Of a stretch of DNA of 55,938 bases, positions 9,865-18,412 are shown piece by piece; the stretch's first letter is position 1, and every line of letters starts with the position of its first letter. This DNA is from a virus (taxonomy: Duplodnaviria; Caudoviricetes), in the IMG/VR virus record IMGVR_UViG_3300025098_000053, positions 1 to 55,938 of that record; one strand, written 5' to 3'. The notes under the pieces were generated by a model that ran no database searches, had not been told where the DNA came from, and saw nothing but the letters and a program-made list of their open reading frames with translations. The position numbers and the translations under genes are program-made.

Positions 9865-12342
9865 ATGAGCGCAATTAAACCTAATACAAACCTTGGGCAT
9901 GATCTCGGTACAACTTCCCTAAAATGGGGTGTTCTACACGCAGGTGATGTACAAACAGCAACATTAACCGCTTCAGGAAATGTTGAAATTTCTGGTAATC
10001 TCACCGTAACTGGAACTCAAACTTCATTGCAGGTAACTACTGTTGAAGCTGAAGATCCCTTGATCAAACTTGCACGTGGAAACAGTGCTGATTCGCTTGA
10101 TATTGGTTTTTATGGCCAATCAAATGATGGATCAGATAAATTCCACGGTATTGCACGTGATGCAGATGATGGAAAATTCTATGCATTTAAAGATCTTGCA
10201 TCTGAGCCAACAACTGTTATGGGCACTTTAAGCGGATCAAACAAAGCTTCAATCGTTGCTAACGTTGAAGGTGCGCTAACTGGTAATGCAACAACTGCAA
10301 CAACTCTTGCAACTGGAAGAAACTTCGGAATCACTTCAGGCCCTGTTCGTGCTGCTAATATAAGCTTCGACGGATCCGGAAACGTTGCCTTTACTTCAAC
10401 AATTGCTGATGATCAAATTACTGACGACATGCTTGCAGGATCTATTTCAAACGGAAACCTTGCAAACAGCTCAATTACAATAACTGCTGGCAATGGCCTT
10501 TCTGGTGGCGGATCAGTTGATCTTGGTGGAACTGTGGCACTCGCTGTTGGTGTTGATGATTCTTCAATTGAACTTGATAGTGATCAATTACGTGTTAAAG
10601 CAACAGGTATTACTAATGCAATGCTTGCTGGATCAATTGCTGATTCAAAACTTTCAACAATCTCTACTTCTGATAAAGTAAGTGGTTCTGCGGTTCAACT
10701 TGCAACAGCATCTGCTATTGAAGATAACAGTGGTTTGCGTCTTAAGGCAGCAACTGCTGGTGATGGCCTTGCATTAGGAGCAACACAAATACTTTCAGTA
10801 AATGTTGATGATAGTTCAATCGAAACAAACTCAGACGCATTGCGAGTTAAAGCAGGCGGTATTACTGATACAATGCTTGCAGGCGGTATTTCAAATGGCA
10901 AGCTAACAAACAGTGCAGTTTCATTTGGTGGCGTAAGCGTTTCACTTGGTGGAGCAAATGCACAACCTGCTTTTGATCTTACAAATGCTACTGATTATCC
11001 TACTTCAAGCTTAACTGGATCAATTACTAACGCACAACTTGCTGGATCAATTGCAAATGAGAAGTTAGCTAACTCTGGTATCGAACTTAAACTTGCTGGA
11101 TCTTCACAAGAAACAATCGCTCTTGGATCATTTATTGATATTGCAGGTACATCAAATGAAATCGACGTTACTTATGCAAGTGGCGATAACAAATATACCT
11201 TTAGCTTGCCTTCAACAATTTCAGCAGCACTTAATGGTAATGCTTCATCAGCAAATGCTCTTAACTCTGCTGTAAATGTTGGTATTACTGCTGGCCCAGT
11301 TCGCGCAGCAAACGTAAGTTTTGATGGTTCTGGAGCAATTGCTCTTACATCATCTATCGCTGATGATCAAATTACCAATGATATGCTTGCTAACCCAGGC
11401 CTTACTCTTAAACTTGGTGGAGTTTCTCAAGAAACTATCGAGTTAGGCAGTGATTTTAATATCGCTGGTACCTCAAATGAAGTTGATGTTGCATATGCTA
11501 CAGGAAGTAATACATATACCTTTAGCTTACCTTCAACCATTAATGCTGCAACTTCTGGAAATGCAGCAACTGCAACAGCTTTGGCATCTGCAGTAAATAT
11601 CGGTATTACTGCTGGCCCAGTTAGAGCTGCTAATATTAGTTTTGATGGTTCTGGCGCTGTTGCAATGACGAGTTCAATCGCTGATGAGCAAATCACAAAC
11701 GACATGCTTGTTAGTGATTCAATTACATTTGCTGGTGGAAGTGGTTCTCAAGCTCTTCAACTTGGTGATACATTTACTATTAATGGAACATCAAATGAGA
11801 TTGAAACAGCAGTATCTGGCGATGCAATTACAATTGGTTTGCCAAGTTCTGTAAATATCACATCAAATCTTGACGTTGGTGGTAACCTTACACTTTCCGG
11901 CGCGGCTGTTATTACTGGTAATATTACAGCTTCTGGCCAGTTAAGTGCTTCTGGTGCTAATATCTCATTCGCTGATACTTTGATCGAGTTTGGTGTTAAT
12001 AATACTGGTGCTAAAGATCACGGATTTTATTCACAACGTTCATCAGGCGCATTCTGCGGATTTGTTTTCGATGAATCAGATGATAAATTCAAGGTATTCA
12101 CAACTGATACAGAGCCTACATCAACAGTTGATACAAGCCAAGGTGGATTTAGCAAGGGTGATTTCGAGGCAAATACAATTGCTGCAGCTTCAACATTATC
12201 AGGTGCATTGAGAAGTACTGGATCTGCTCCAGCTTCTGTAAGCGCAACTGGTACAGCTGGTGATATTCGCTTTGATTCAAACAAGCTTTATGTTTGTATC
12301 TCAAGTAATTCTTGGAAGGCAGTTGATTTAAGCACATTCTAA
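9865..12342 (+). CDS. Fibre-like structural protein with internal repeats
   Basis: DLGTTSLKW N-terminus; repeated VDDSSIE-LRVKA and GPVRAAN.SFDGSG; C-terminal GTAGDIRFD.NKLYVC fibre motif. Confidence 0.75.
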   Translation: MSAIKPNTNLGHDLGTTSLKWGVLHAGDVQTATLTASGNVEISGNLTVTGTQTSLQVTTVEAEDPLIKLARGNSADSLDIGFYGQSNDGSDKFHGIARDADDGKFYAFKDLASEPTTVMGTLSGSNKASIVANVEGALTGNATTATTLATGRNFGITSGPVRAANISFDGSGNVAFTSTIADDQITDDMLAGSISNGNLANSSITITAGNGLSGGGSVDLGGTVALAVGVDDSSIELDSDQLRVKATGITNAMLAGSIADSKLSTISTSDKVSGSAVQLATASAIEDNSGLRLKAATAGDGLALGATQILSVNVDDSSIETNSDALRVKAGGITDTMLAGGISNGKLTNSAVSFGGVSVSLGGANAQPAFDLTNATDYPTSSLTGSITNAQLAGSIANEKLANSGIELKLAGSSQETIALGSFIDIAGTSNEIDVTYASGDNKYTFSLPSTISAALNGNASSANALNSAVNVGITAGPVRAANVSFDGSGAIALTSSIADDQITNDMLANPGLTLKLGGVSQETIELGSDFNIAGTSNEVDVAYATGSNTYTFSLPSTINAATSGNAATATALASAVNIGITAGPVRAANISFDGSGAVAMTSSIADEQITNDMLVSDSITFAGGSGSQALQLGDTFTINGTSNEIETAVSGDAITIGLPSSVNITSNLDVGGNLTLSGAAVITGNITASGQLSASGANISFADTLIEFGVNNTGAKDHGFYSQRSSGAFCGFVFDESDDKFKVFTTDTEPTSTVDTSQGGFSKGDFEANTIAAASTLSGALRSTGSAPASVSATGTAGDIRFDSNKLYVCISSNSWKAVDLSTF

Positions 12343-12346
12343 TAGT

Positions 12347-12435
12347 AACGAGATTTAACTCTGGTTAAACTTCTCGTTTATAGAATATGTTTTATCAATT
12401 AAGATAATCGCATTTCAACAGAGATAAACCTCGTG
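12347..12435 (-). repeat. 89-bp bipartite element, copy D
   Basis: AACGAGATTTAACTCTGGTTAA (12347-12368, plus) and CACGAGGTTTATCTCTGTTGAA (12414-12435, minus). Confidence 0.8.
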
Positions 12436-12457
12436 ATTGATTTGGTATAATGAAGAT

Positions 12458-12520
12458 ACCCTTTTTGTAAGAGGTGGGCCGAATGAGGCGTGCTCGGGCT
12501 GGTGGGGCCCGACAACTTTT
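12458..12520 (+). ncRNA. Candidate GC-rich structured RNA or leader
   Basis: GC island with three short hairpins after TATAAT (12446-12451). Confidence 0.4.
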
Positions 12521-12541
12521 CAATCACAGGATTATTTAAAT

Positions 12542-12796
12542 ATGGAAACACCGATTGCCTTAAGCCTTGGCTCGTTTCTCGGGCTCATAGGCTTATTTTA
12601 TACTTGGCACAAAGATTCAAAAGATACAGCAAAGCAAATTCAGAAGTTAGAAACTGAAGTTGAACAACTTAAAGATTACAAGAATGATATCAAAGAACTT
12701 AAATCTGAAATTTCTATAATGAAAGAAGATATGGGTGATTTGCAACAAACTCTCACAAGAGTGGATACGAACATACAACATTTAATGAATAATTAA
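12542..12796 (+). CDS. Single-TM coiled-coil protein (XhlA/holin-like)
   Basis: Start reassigned to METPIA (AGGA upstream); N-terminal TM then heptads. Confidence 0.6.
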   Translation: METPIALSLGSFLGLIGLFYTWHKDSKDTAKQIQKLETEVEQLKDYKNDIKELKSEISIMKEDMGDLQQTLTRVDTNIQHLMNN

Positions 12797-12810
12797 ATTT
12801 TTTTTATAAA

Positions 12811-12832
12811 AAACAACTGGATGATATAATTA
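12811..12832 (+). promoter_or_regulatory. Putative late promoter AAAC-N10/11-TATAATTA
   Basis: Same pattern at 17600-17622, 22470-22491 and 33377-33399, each ahead of structural genes. Confidence 0.55.
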
Positions 12833-12856
12833 ATATTATACAAAGGAACAATTCCC

Positions 12857-13009
12857 ATGAAAAAAGATAATATTGCAGCAGAAAAACTTCAAATTGAGAT
12901 TTTAAAAAGCATCCAGAAAGATATACGTTCGTGCATGTGTCACTGTGATAAGATGATTAAGATCATTAGTGATTACCAATTAAAGATGAAAAACACAAAA
13001 GCTAAATAA
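12857..13009 (+). CDS. 50-aa hypothetical protein
   Basis: MKKDNIAAEKLQIEILKS..., AAGGA RBS; below the ORF track cutoff. Confidence 0.55.
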   Translation: MKKDNIAAEKLQIEILKSIQKDIRSCMCHCDKMIKIISDYQLKMKNTKAK

Positions 13010-13028
13010 AACGACTTCTGGAGAAAAA

Positions 13029-15665
13029 ATGAGTTTTATAAATAAAATATTTGGTATTAACCAAAAATCGTATGATGAAATGCTTGAAGAAGTTGCTAAT
13101 GAAGAAGCAATTACTAAAAGATTTTCAGAAAGCGACATTATTAATGATCTCCAGGACGACATCATTAAAGCAAATGCATTAAGTTATGATTTCAATCCAA
13201 GAGAAGCACAGCAAAGTTCTTCATTCGCTGGTGATGGCACCGGAAGAGGATACTTTTTTGCTGATTCAAACGTTGGAAAAAGAAAATTTAACTATGAAAC
13301 ACTGCGTTCTTTGGCCTCACATCCACTTATTGCAGCAATTATACAAACACGCGTTAATCAAATGGCAGAGTTTGCATCATTGGCTGACGAAGATGGATTA
13401 GGTTTTAGGATTTACCTTGCTGATCCTAACTCTTCTCCTAATGAAGAGGAAGTTAAAGAAATTAGAGAACTTGAAAAATTCATGCTCTCATGCGGAACAG
13501 AACAAAAGAACTTTGAAATGTCGTTTGAAAATTTCATGCGTCAAATTACAAGAGATTCTTTGGTTTATGATCAATGCAACTTTGAAATAGTAAGAAACAA
13601 AAAAGGTGAAATAGTTTCATTTACATCAGTTGATGCTGCAACAATTCGTCGTGCAGGTTATTCTGAGAGAGAAATGAGCACAGGGCAACGTGATCCTGAT
13701 GGTGTGCATTATGTACAAGTTTTGGATAATAAAATCGTTGCAGAATATAATCAAAAAGATTTATGTTTTGGTGTAAGGCGACCAAGATCAGATGTTGGAG
13801 TTATGGGATATGGTTTCCCAGAGCTTGAAGAGATTTATGAATCATTACAAAATATATTTAATGCAGAGGCATATAATACAGCAAACTTTACTAATGGCAT
13901 AAGCACATCTGGTATTATCGCAGTTAAATCAAAAATGAACCCCAAGTTATTTAGGGCATTCCGAAGAGAGTTTTACCAGATGCTTACTGGTGTTAATAAC
14001 GCCAAACGCACACCTCTCATTCAATTAGATCCTGATAATGATGAACAAATACAATCAGTGCAACTTGGCTCTTCTAATTCTGAAATGGAATATCAAGAAT
14101 GGCTGCACTATTTAATTAAAGTTATATGTGGTGTTTATCAATTAGATCCAGCAGAGATTGGATTTCAATTTACTGTTGAACGTATTAAAAATACTTTATT
14201 TACGCAAGATCCGTTTGCACGTGTTTTATTAGGACGCGAAAAAGGTTTGCGACCACTTGTAAGAAGTGTTGAAGTATGGATAAACAAATACTTAATGAAT
14301 CAAATCAATCCTAAATACATGTTCCAATTTACTGGAATGGATAGTATTTCAGCAATTGATAAGATTAAAATTGAGCATCACAAAATGAGTTATATGACGA
14401 TCAATGAAATACGTCATTATCATGATTTACCTCCTTTGGAAGATGGAGATATTATTGGTATTCATTATGCTTCACTTAAAGCAACTGCAATAAACAGAGA
14501 AGGTTTGGAAGTTGGTGAGCAATTCGGAAGTGGTGGGCAGGATATTACTGAGTTACCACAAGAAGATACTTCAACAAAACCACAGCTTTCTGATGAACAA
14601 ATTGCAATAGCAAGATTAAAACAAGATCCAAAAAAGAAGCCAAAACGTCAAGCAGCAAATTCAGCTCAAGCAGATGATAACGATAAGCCTGATAAACCCA
14701 CATCAATGGGCAACACAAATGATCCAAGTTATTTAGATAACGCAATAGGAAAAAACATTCATCACGAAATGGATGAATTCTTTGGTGAAATGAACGTTGA
14801 GCTATATAAAATATATGATGATGAAGAACTCGAGTATCTAAAAAAAAAGAAAGTTGATTACGACAAAGATGGAATAGAACATCCCGCTCAATATTTTGAA
14901 GGATTAGATCCAGAAACAGCACGTAAAAGAGAGAAAGAACTCGAAAGAAGAAAAAAATTAGATAAACCTGATTACTCACCCTTGCCTGGTGATGATATAG
15001 ATAAAGCAAAGAAACAAAACAAAGGCACTAAATCAAAGAAAGCTGCTGCTGTAAGAGAAGAGATAAAGAAGCCAGGGAAAAAAGAATTTATTAGAGCTGC
15101 AAGTAAAGTTTCTGGTGTTTCAAGAAGTATTATCGAAGAAGTTTATGATAAAGGATTAGCAGCATTTGCATCTTCAGGCCATCGTCCTGGGCAAACACCA
15201 CAATCCTGGGCAAGAGCTCGTACATACGCCTTCTTATTTGATTCAAAGAGTGGAGCAAGAAGAGCTGATAAAGAGTTATGGGCAAGGCACTTAAAGAAAA
15301 ATGAAGAAACAGAAGCCTTAGAGAAATCAACAGATTCATATAAACCACCACAACATGTTGCTGATGAAGCAAAAAGAGCTATAGACGCAAGAGAAAAACA
15401 TGGAGATAAAGTAAAAGGTGGAACCCAGATAGGTTGGACGAGAGCAAGGCAACTTGCAAATAGAGAAAATCTTTCTGAAGAAACAATCAGAAGAATGAAA
15501 GCTTTCTTCGATCGTCATGAAAAGAACAAAGAAGTTAAACCTGAAGATAAAGATTTCCCTTGGAACGATAATGGATATACTGCATGGATAATTTGGGGAG
15601 GAAATCCGGGAAGAGCTTGGGCAGAAATGATGGTTGAACGGTTTAATAAGGAGAGCAAAGAATGA
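13029..15665 (+). CDS. Portal protein with long C-terminal extension
   Basis: SPO1-like portal motifs (IIQTRVNQ, RDSLVYDQCNFE, GYGFPELE, LDPAEIGF, MTINEIR) plus about 380 extra residues. Confidence 0.9.
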   Translation: MSFINKIFGINQKSYDEMLEEVANEEAITKRFSESDIINDLQDDIIKANALSYDFNPREAQQSSSFAGDGTGRGYFFADSNVGKRKFNYETLRSLASHPLIAAIIQTRVNQMAEFASLADEDGLGFRIYLADPNSSPNEEEVKEIRELEKFMLSCGTEQKNFEMSFENFMRQITRDSLVYDQCNFEIVRNKKGEIVSFTSVDAATIRRAGYSEREMSTGQRDPDGVHYVQVLDNKIVAEYNQKDLCFGVRRPRSDVGVMGYGFPELEEIYESLQNIFNAEAYNTANFTNGISTSGIIAVKSKMNPKLFRAFRREFYQMLTGVNNAKRTPLIQLDPDNDEQIQSVQLGSSNSEMEYQEWLHYLIKVICGVYQLDPAEIGFQFTVERIKNTLFTQDPFARVLLGREKGLRPLVRSVEVWINKYLMNQINPKYMFQFTGMDSISAIDKIKIEHHKMSYMTINEIRHYHDLPPLEDGDIIGIHYASLKATAINREGLEVGEQFGSGGQDITELPQEDTSTKPQLSDEQIAIARLKQDPKKKPKRQAANSAQADDNDKPDKPTSMGNTNDPSYLDNAIGKNIHHEMDEFFGEMNVELYKIYDDEELEYLKKKKVDYDKDGIEHPAQYFEGLDPETARKREKELERRKKLDKPDYSPLPGDDIDKAKKQNKGTKSKKAAAVREEIKKPGKKEFIRAASKVSGVSRSIIEEVYDKGLAAFASSGHRPGQTPQSWARARTYAFLFDSKSGARRADKELWARHLKKNEETEALEKSTDSYKPPQHVADEAKRAIDAREKHGDKVKGGTQIGWTRARQLANRENLSEETIRRMKAFFDRHEKNKEVKPEDKDFPWNDNGYTAWIIWGGNPGRAWAEMMVERFNKESKE

Positions 15666-16135
15666 GTTTTGCTGAATTATTAAAAAATGCCAGATCTCAA
15701 GCATCTGAAATATCAAAACTTCAGAAGAGTGCAGCAGCACTTGTTAAAAAAGAAGAAATTAAGCCAGAAGAACTCCCTGTTGAAAACAAGGTGGATATAC
15801 AAAAAAAAGCAGAAGATAAAACAGAGATTAAACAGGAGCCTAATACACATACAATTGGGCAAGCGATTATCTTATTTGCAAACAATGGTTTAAAAAATTC
15901 AAGAAAATTAAAAACAACAAATAAATGCAAAAGAATTGCAAAGAACTTTATTAAAGGAGAATGTACTTCCGAACATTTAGTTAAAGCACATACACACCTT
16001 CAGAAACTTAAATCATCTAATCATGGAGATTTTAACTTATGTGGAGGTTGGGCAACAGTGCAATTTTTCGAAATGTTAAAACAAAACATAGATCCAAATG
16101 TAATATTAAAATCAACTTTTAAAGGGCCTGAGTAA
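15662..16135 (+). CDS. Head-associated hypothetical protein
   Basis: Overlaps the portal stop; C-terminal half resembles the last portal extension domain. Confidence 0.6.
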   Translation: MSFAELLKNARSQASEISKLQKSAAALVKKEEIKPEELPVENKVDIQKKAEDKTEIKQEPNTHTIGQAIILFANNGLKNSRKLKTTNKCKRIAKNFIKGECTSEHLVKAHTHLQKLKSSNHGDFNLCGGWATVQFFEMLKQNIDPNVILKSTFKGPE

Positions 16136-16136
16136 T

Positions 16137-17579
16137 ATGAAAAAAAAATTAGATACATTTAATGCATGGATGCCTATTGATTTAGGCAAAGAAATAAATT
16201 ATACCCATACAGAATTCCAAGATGGATCTCCTCGTGATGAGCCTCAAAGAATTAAGATAATGGGAATAGCTTCCACAGAAGCTCCTGATGAAGTGGGCGA
16301 GATAATCGTACAGGATGGTATTGATTGGCATTACTTTTTGAAGCGTGGATTCTTAAATCTTGAGCACAAGCAAGGCCCTGAGTTTGTTATGGGGCAACCT
16401 GAAGCTGTAACCAAAACATCTTATAAAGGTTATGGTGCCACAATGCTTAAAGGTTATCTATATAAAGATAAATCATCTGTAAAAGCATTGATTGAAACAA
16501 TGGAAGCAATGAAAAAAGCTGGTGCAGATCGTTCAATAGGATTATCAGTTGAAGGCCAAGTTGTTGAACGTGATAAAATGAATCCAAAAATCATTAAACG
16601 ATCTAAAGTATTGAATGTTTCTATTACTTCAAATCCTTGTAATGCAGATGCAACAATGGAAATAATTAAAAATATGAACAAAATTGAAAAACACGAACGT
16701 GAATATCATGATAAGGATATGACGTATCGTCAAATCAAAATTCTTAAAGAGTATGCTGATGAAATGTGCGAATTACTTGATCAAATGCCAGAAAACGTTG
16801 ATCTTATGGAATGGGTACAAACAAAAGTGACGCGCGCTCTTGATTACATACAATCATCTTATCATTATATGAAGGTTAAAATGCCAGAAATGATGGAACA
16901 TGCTGAAATGATGGGCAAAGATATGTGTGATAAATGTAAAGATTGTGATGGTGATTGTTCAAAATGCCCTAAATGCACAGCAAGAATGGAAAGAGAAGAG
17001 AAATACGCAAAAGATTACAAGATGGAATTGATGCGCGTTAAAAAAGAAATGGAAGATGATGGAGATAAAGAAGCAAAAGTTATGGCAGAAATGCTTCTTG
17101 AAAGATTTCCTGAATTAAAAGATCCAAAAGTTATGGGTGCAATCCATGAAATGATGGATGATAAAGAAAAAGGTTATGGTAAAAATCCTGATAATATGAC
17201 GCCAAGTGAGTTTGATGCTCATATGGAAAATCAAATGGAAGATAAACCAGAACGACCTGCTCCTGATTTTGCAGAGATACAAAGTGCAAAGATTGATGCA
17301 CAAACACGCGAACCTAAGATGCCTAAGGAAGAAGAATTGGAAGCATCTGTTCCTTCGATGCAATCCCTCGCACCTATCGTTCCTCAATCATTAGAAGATG
17401 AAGTATCATATAGAGATTACGGAATGAGTTCAAAAGATGTTAAAACAATCCTTGAATATATTGTTCGCAAATATCCTCAGATGGAAAAAGGAGATCAAAC
17501 TGCGATGTTCATGGAAATGATGCAACAAATGAGAAGAGTATATCAAACACAGGACGTTGCACCTAAACATCCAAAATAA
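16137..17579 (+). CDS. Prohead protease with C-terminal extension
   Basis: GIAST..DEVGE...GIDW.YF...GFLNLEH, GLSVEG and VSITSNPCN motifs. Confidence 0.9.
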   Translation: MKKKLDTFNAWMPIDLGKEINYTHTEFQDGSPRDEPQRIKIMGIASTEAPDEVGEIIVQDGIDWHYFLKRGFLNLEHKQGPEFVMGQPEAVTKTSYKGYGATMLKGYLYKDKSSVKALIETMEAMKKAGADRSIGLSVEGQVVERDKMNPKIIKRSKVLNVSITSNPCNADATMEIIKNMNKIEKHEREYHDKDMTYRQIKILKEYADEMCELLDQMPENVDLMEWVQTKVTRALDYIQSSYHYMKVKMPEMMEHAEMMGKDMCDKCKDCDGDCSKCPKCTARMEREEKYAKDYKMELMRVKKEMEDDGDKEAKVMAEMLLERFPELKDPKVMGAIHEMMDDKEKGYGKNPDNMTPSEFDAHMENQMEDKPERPAPDFAEIQSAKIDAQTREPKMPKEEELEASVPSMQSLAPIVPQSLEDEVSYRDYGMSSKDVKTILEYIVRKYPQMEKGDQTAMFMEMMQQMRRVYQTQDVAPKHPK

Positions 17580-17830
17580 AATTCAAAATAATTTTCAAAA
17601 AACACTTGTTGTTATATAATTAAATAATGAGTAAAAAAAAATTATAATTAAAATAGTAAATAGATATATATAATATATGTAGAATAAACTATTCGACCTC
17701 GGCTCACTCAATTGGGTAGCCAACAACCACATTGCAATTAAATTATTTTCACCAACGTGAGGTTTTTGCACATAGGGTTTGTTAAAAAGTATGTTATTTA
17801 AATTAAAATAAATGATAAGGAGTTAAAATC

Positions 17831-18394
17831 ATGGCCGATAATAACATTGAAGTTGCTCTCACTGAGATCAAAGAGCAATTAGATAATGAGAAAAAAGTGG
17901 CTGAAATTTTAGCAAACTCTGCGGATGAAATCGTTAAATCACAAACCGAGAAGTTTGAAGCATTTGCTAAGAACATTGATGGATTAAGTGAAAAGGTTGA
18001 TTCCCTTGTTGCTAAATTGGAAGCACTTAATATACCTTCAGTTGAAGATATCGAAAAAAGCATCAACGCAAAAGTTGAATCTGCTAAAGAAGAAATCGAT
18101 ACTAAGGTAGAGGAAATCAAGAAAAGCGTCGCTGATCAGGAAGAAAAAGTAGAAACAATTGAGAAATCAGTTGAAGCTAACTTAAATGAGCCTGTTCAAA
18201 AGAGCGTTAAAGTTCTTAATCCCGTAGAAGAAGTTAAAGAGGTTGCTGTTGAAGCACCTGTTTCAACTGACGATTTGATCAACAAAGCACTTGCAGAGTT
18301 AGCGACTGTTTCAACAGTTGAACGTGCAAGAGAACTTAACAAAGCAATTGTGCAACTTAATAGCGGAGTAAATCCCGCATCTATTAAACTTTAA
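17831..18394 (+). CDS. Scaffolding protein (putative)
   Basis: Coiled coil between protease and capsid; repeated KS/KA sites. Confidence 0.75.
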   Translation: MADNNIEVALTEIKEQLDNEKKVAEILANSADEIVKSQTEKFEAFAKNIDGLSEKVDSLVAKLEALNIPSVEDIEKSINAKVESAKEEIDTKVEEIKKSVADQEEKVETIEKSVEANLNEPVQKSVKVLNPVEEVKEVAVEAPVSTDDLINKALAELATVSTVERARELNKAIVQLNSGVNPASIKL

Positions 18395-18412
18395 TAAAGG
18401 AAGAAAATAATT

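Noticed and set aside
12347-12435. Integron attC interpretation of the 88-bp element
   Set aside because: GTTAAAT fits GTTRRRY, but the matching RYYYAAC is not conserved, pairing is poor in several copies, orientation is mixed relative to genes, and no integrase is present
12458-12520. tRNA, known riboswitch or ribozyme
   Set aside because: No cloverleaf or TTC T-loop; no hammerhead, HDV-like or riboswitch consensus that I could recognise
13029-17579. Inteins or introns explaining long portal and protease genes
   Set aside because: Extensions are C-terminal, lack intein terminal motifs, and the ORFs are uninterrupted
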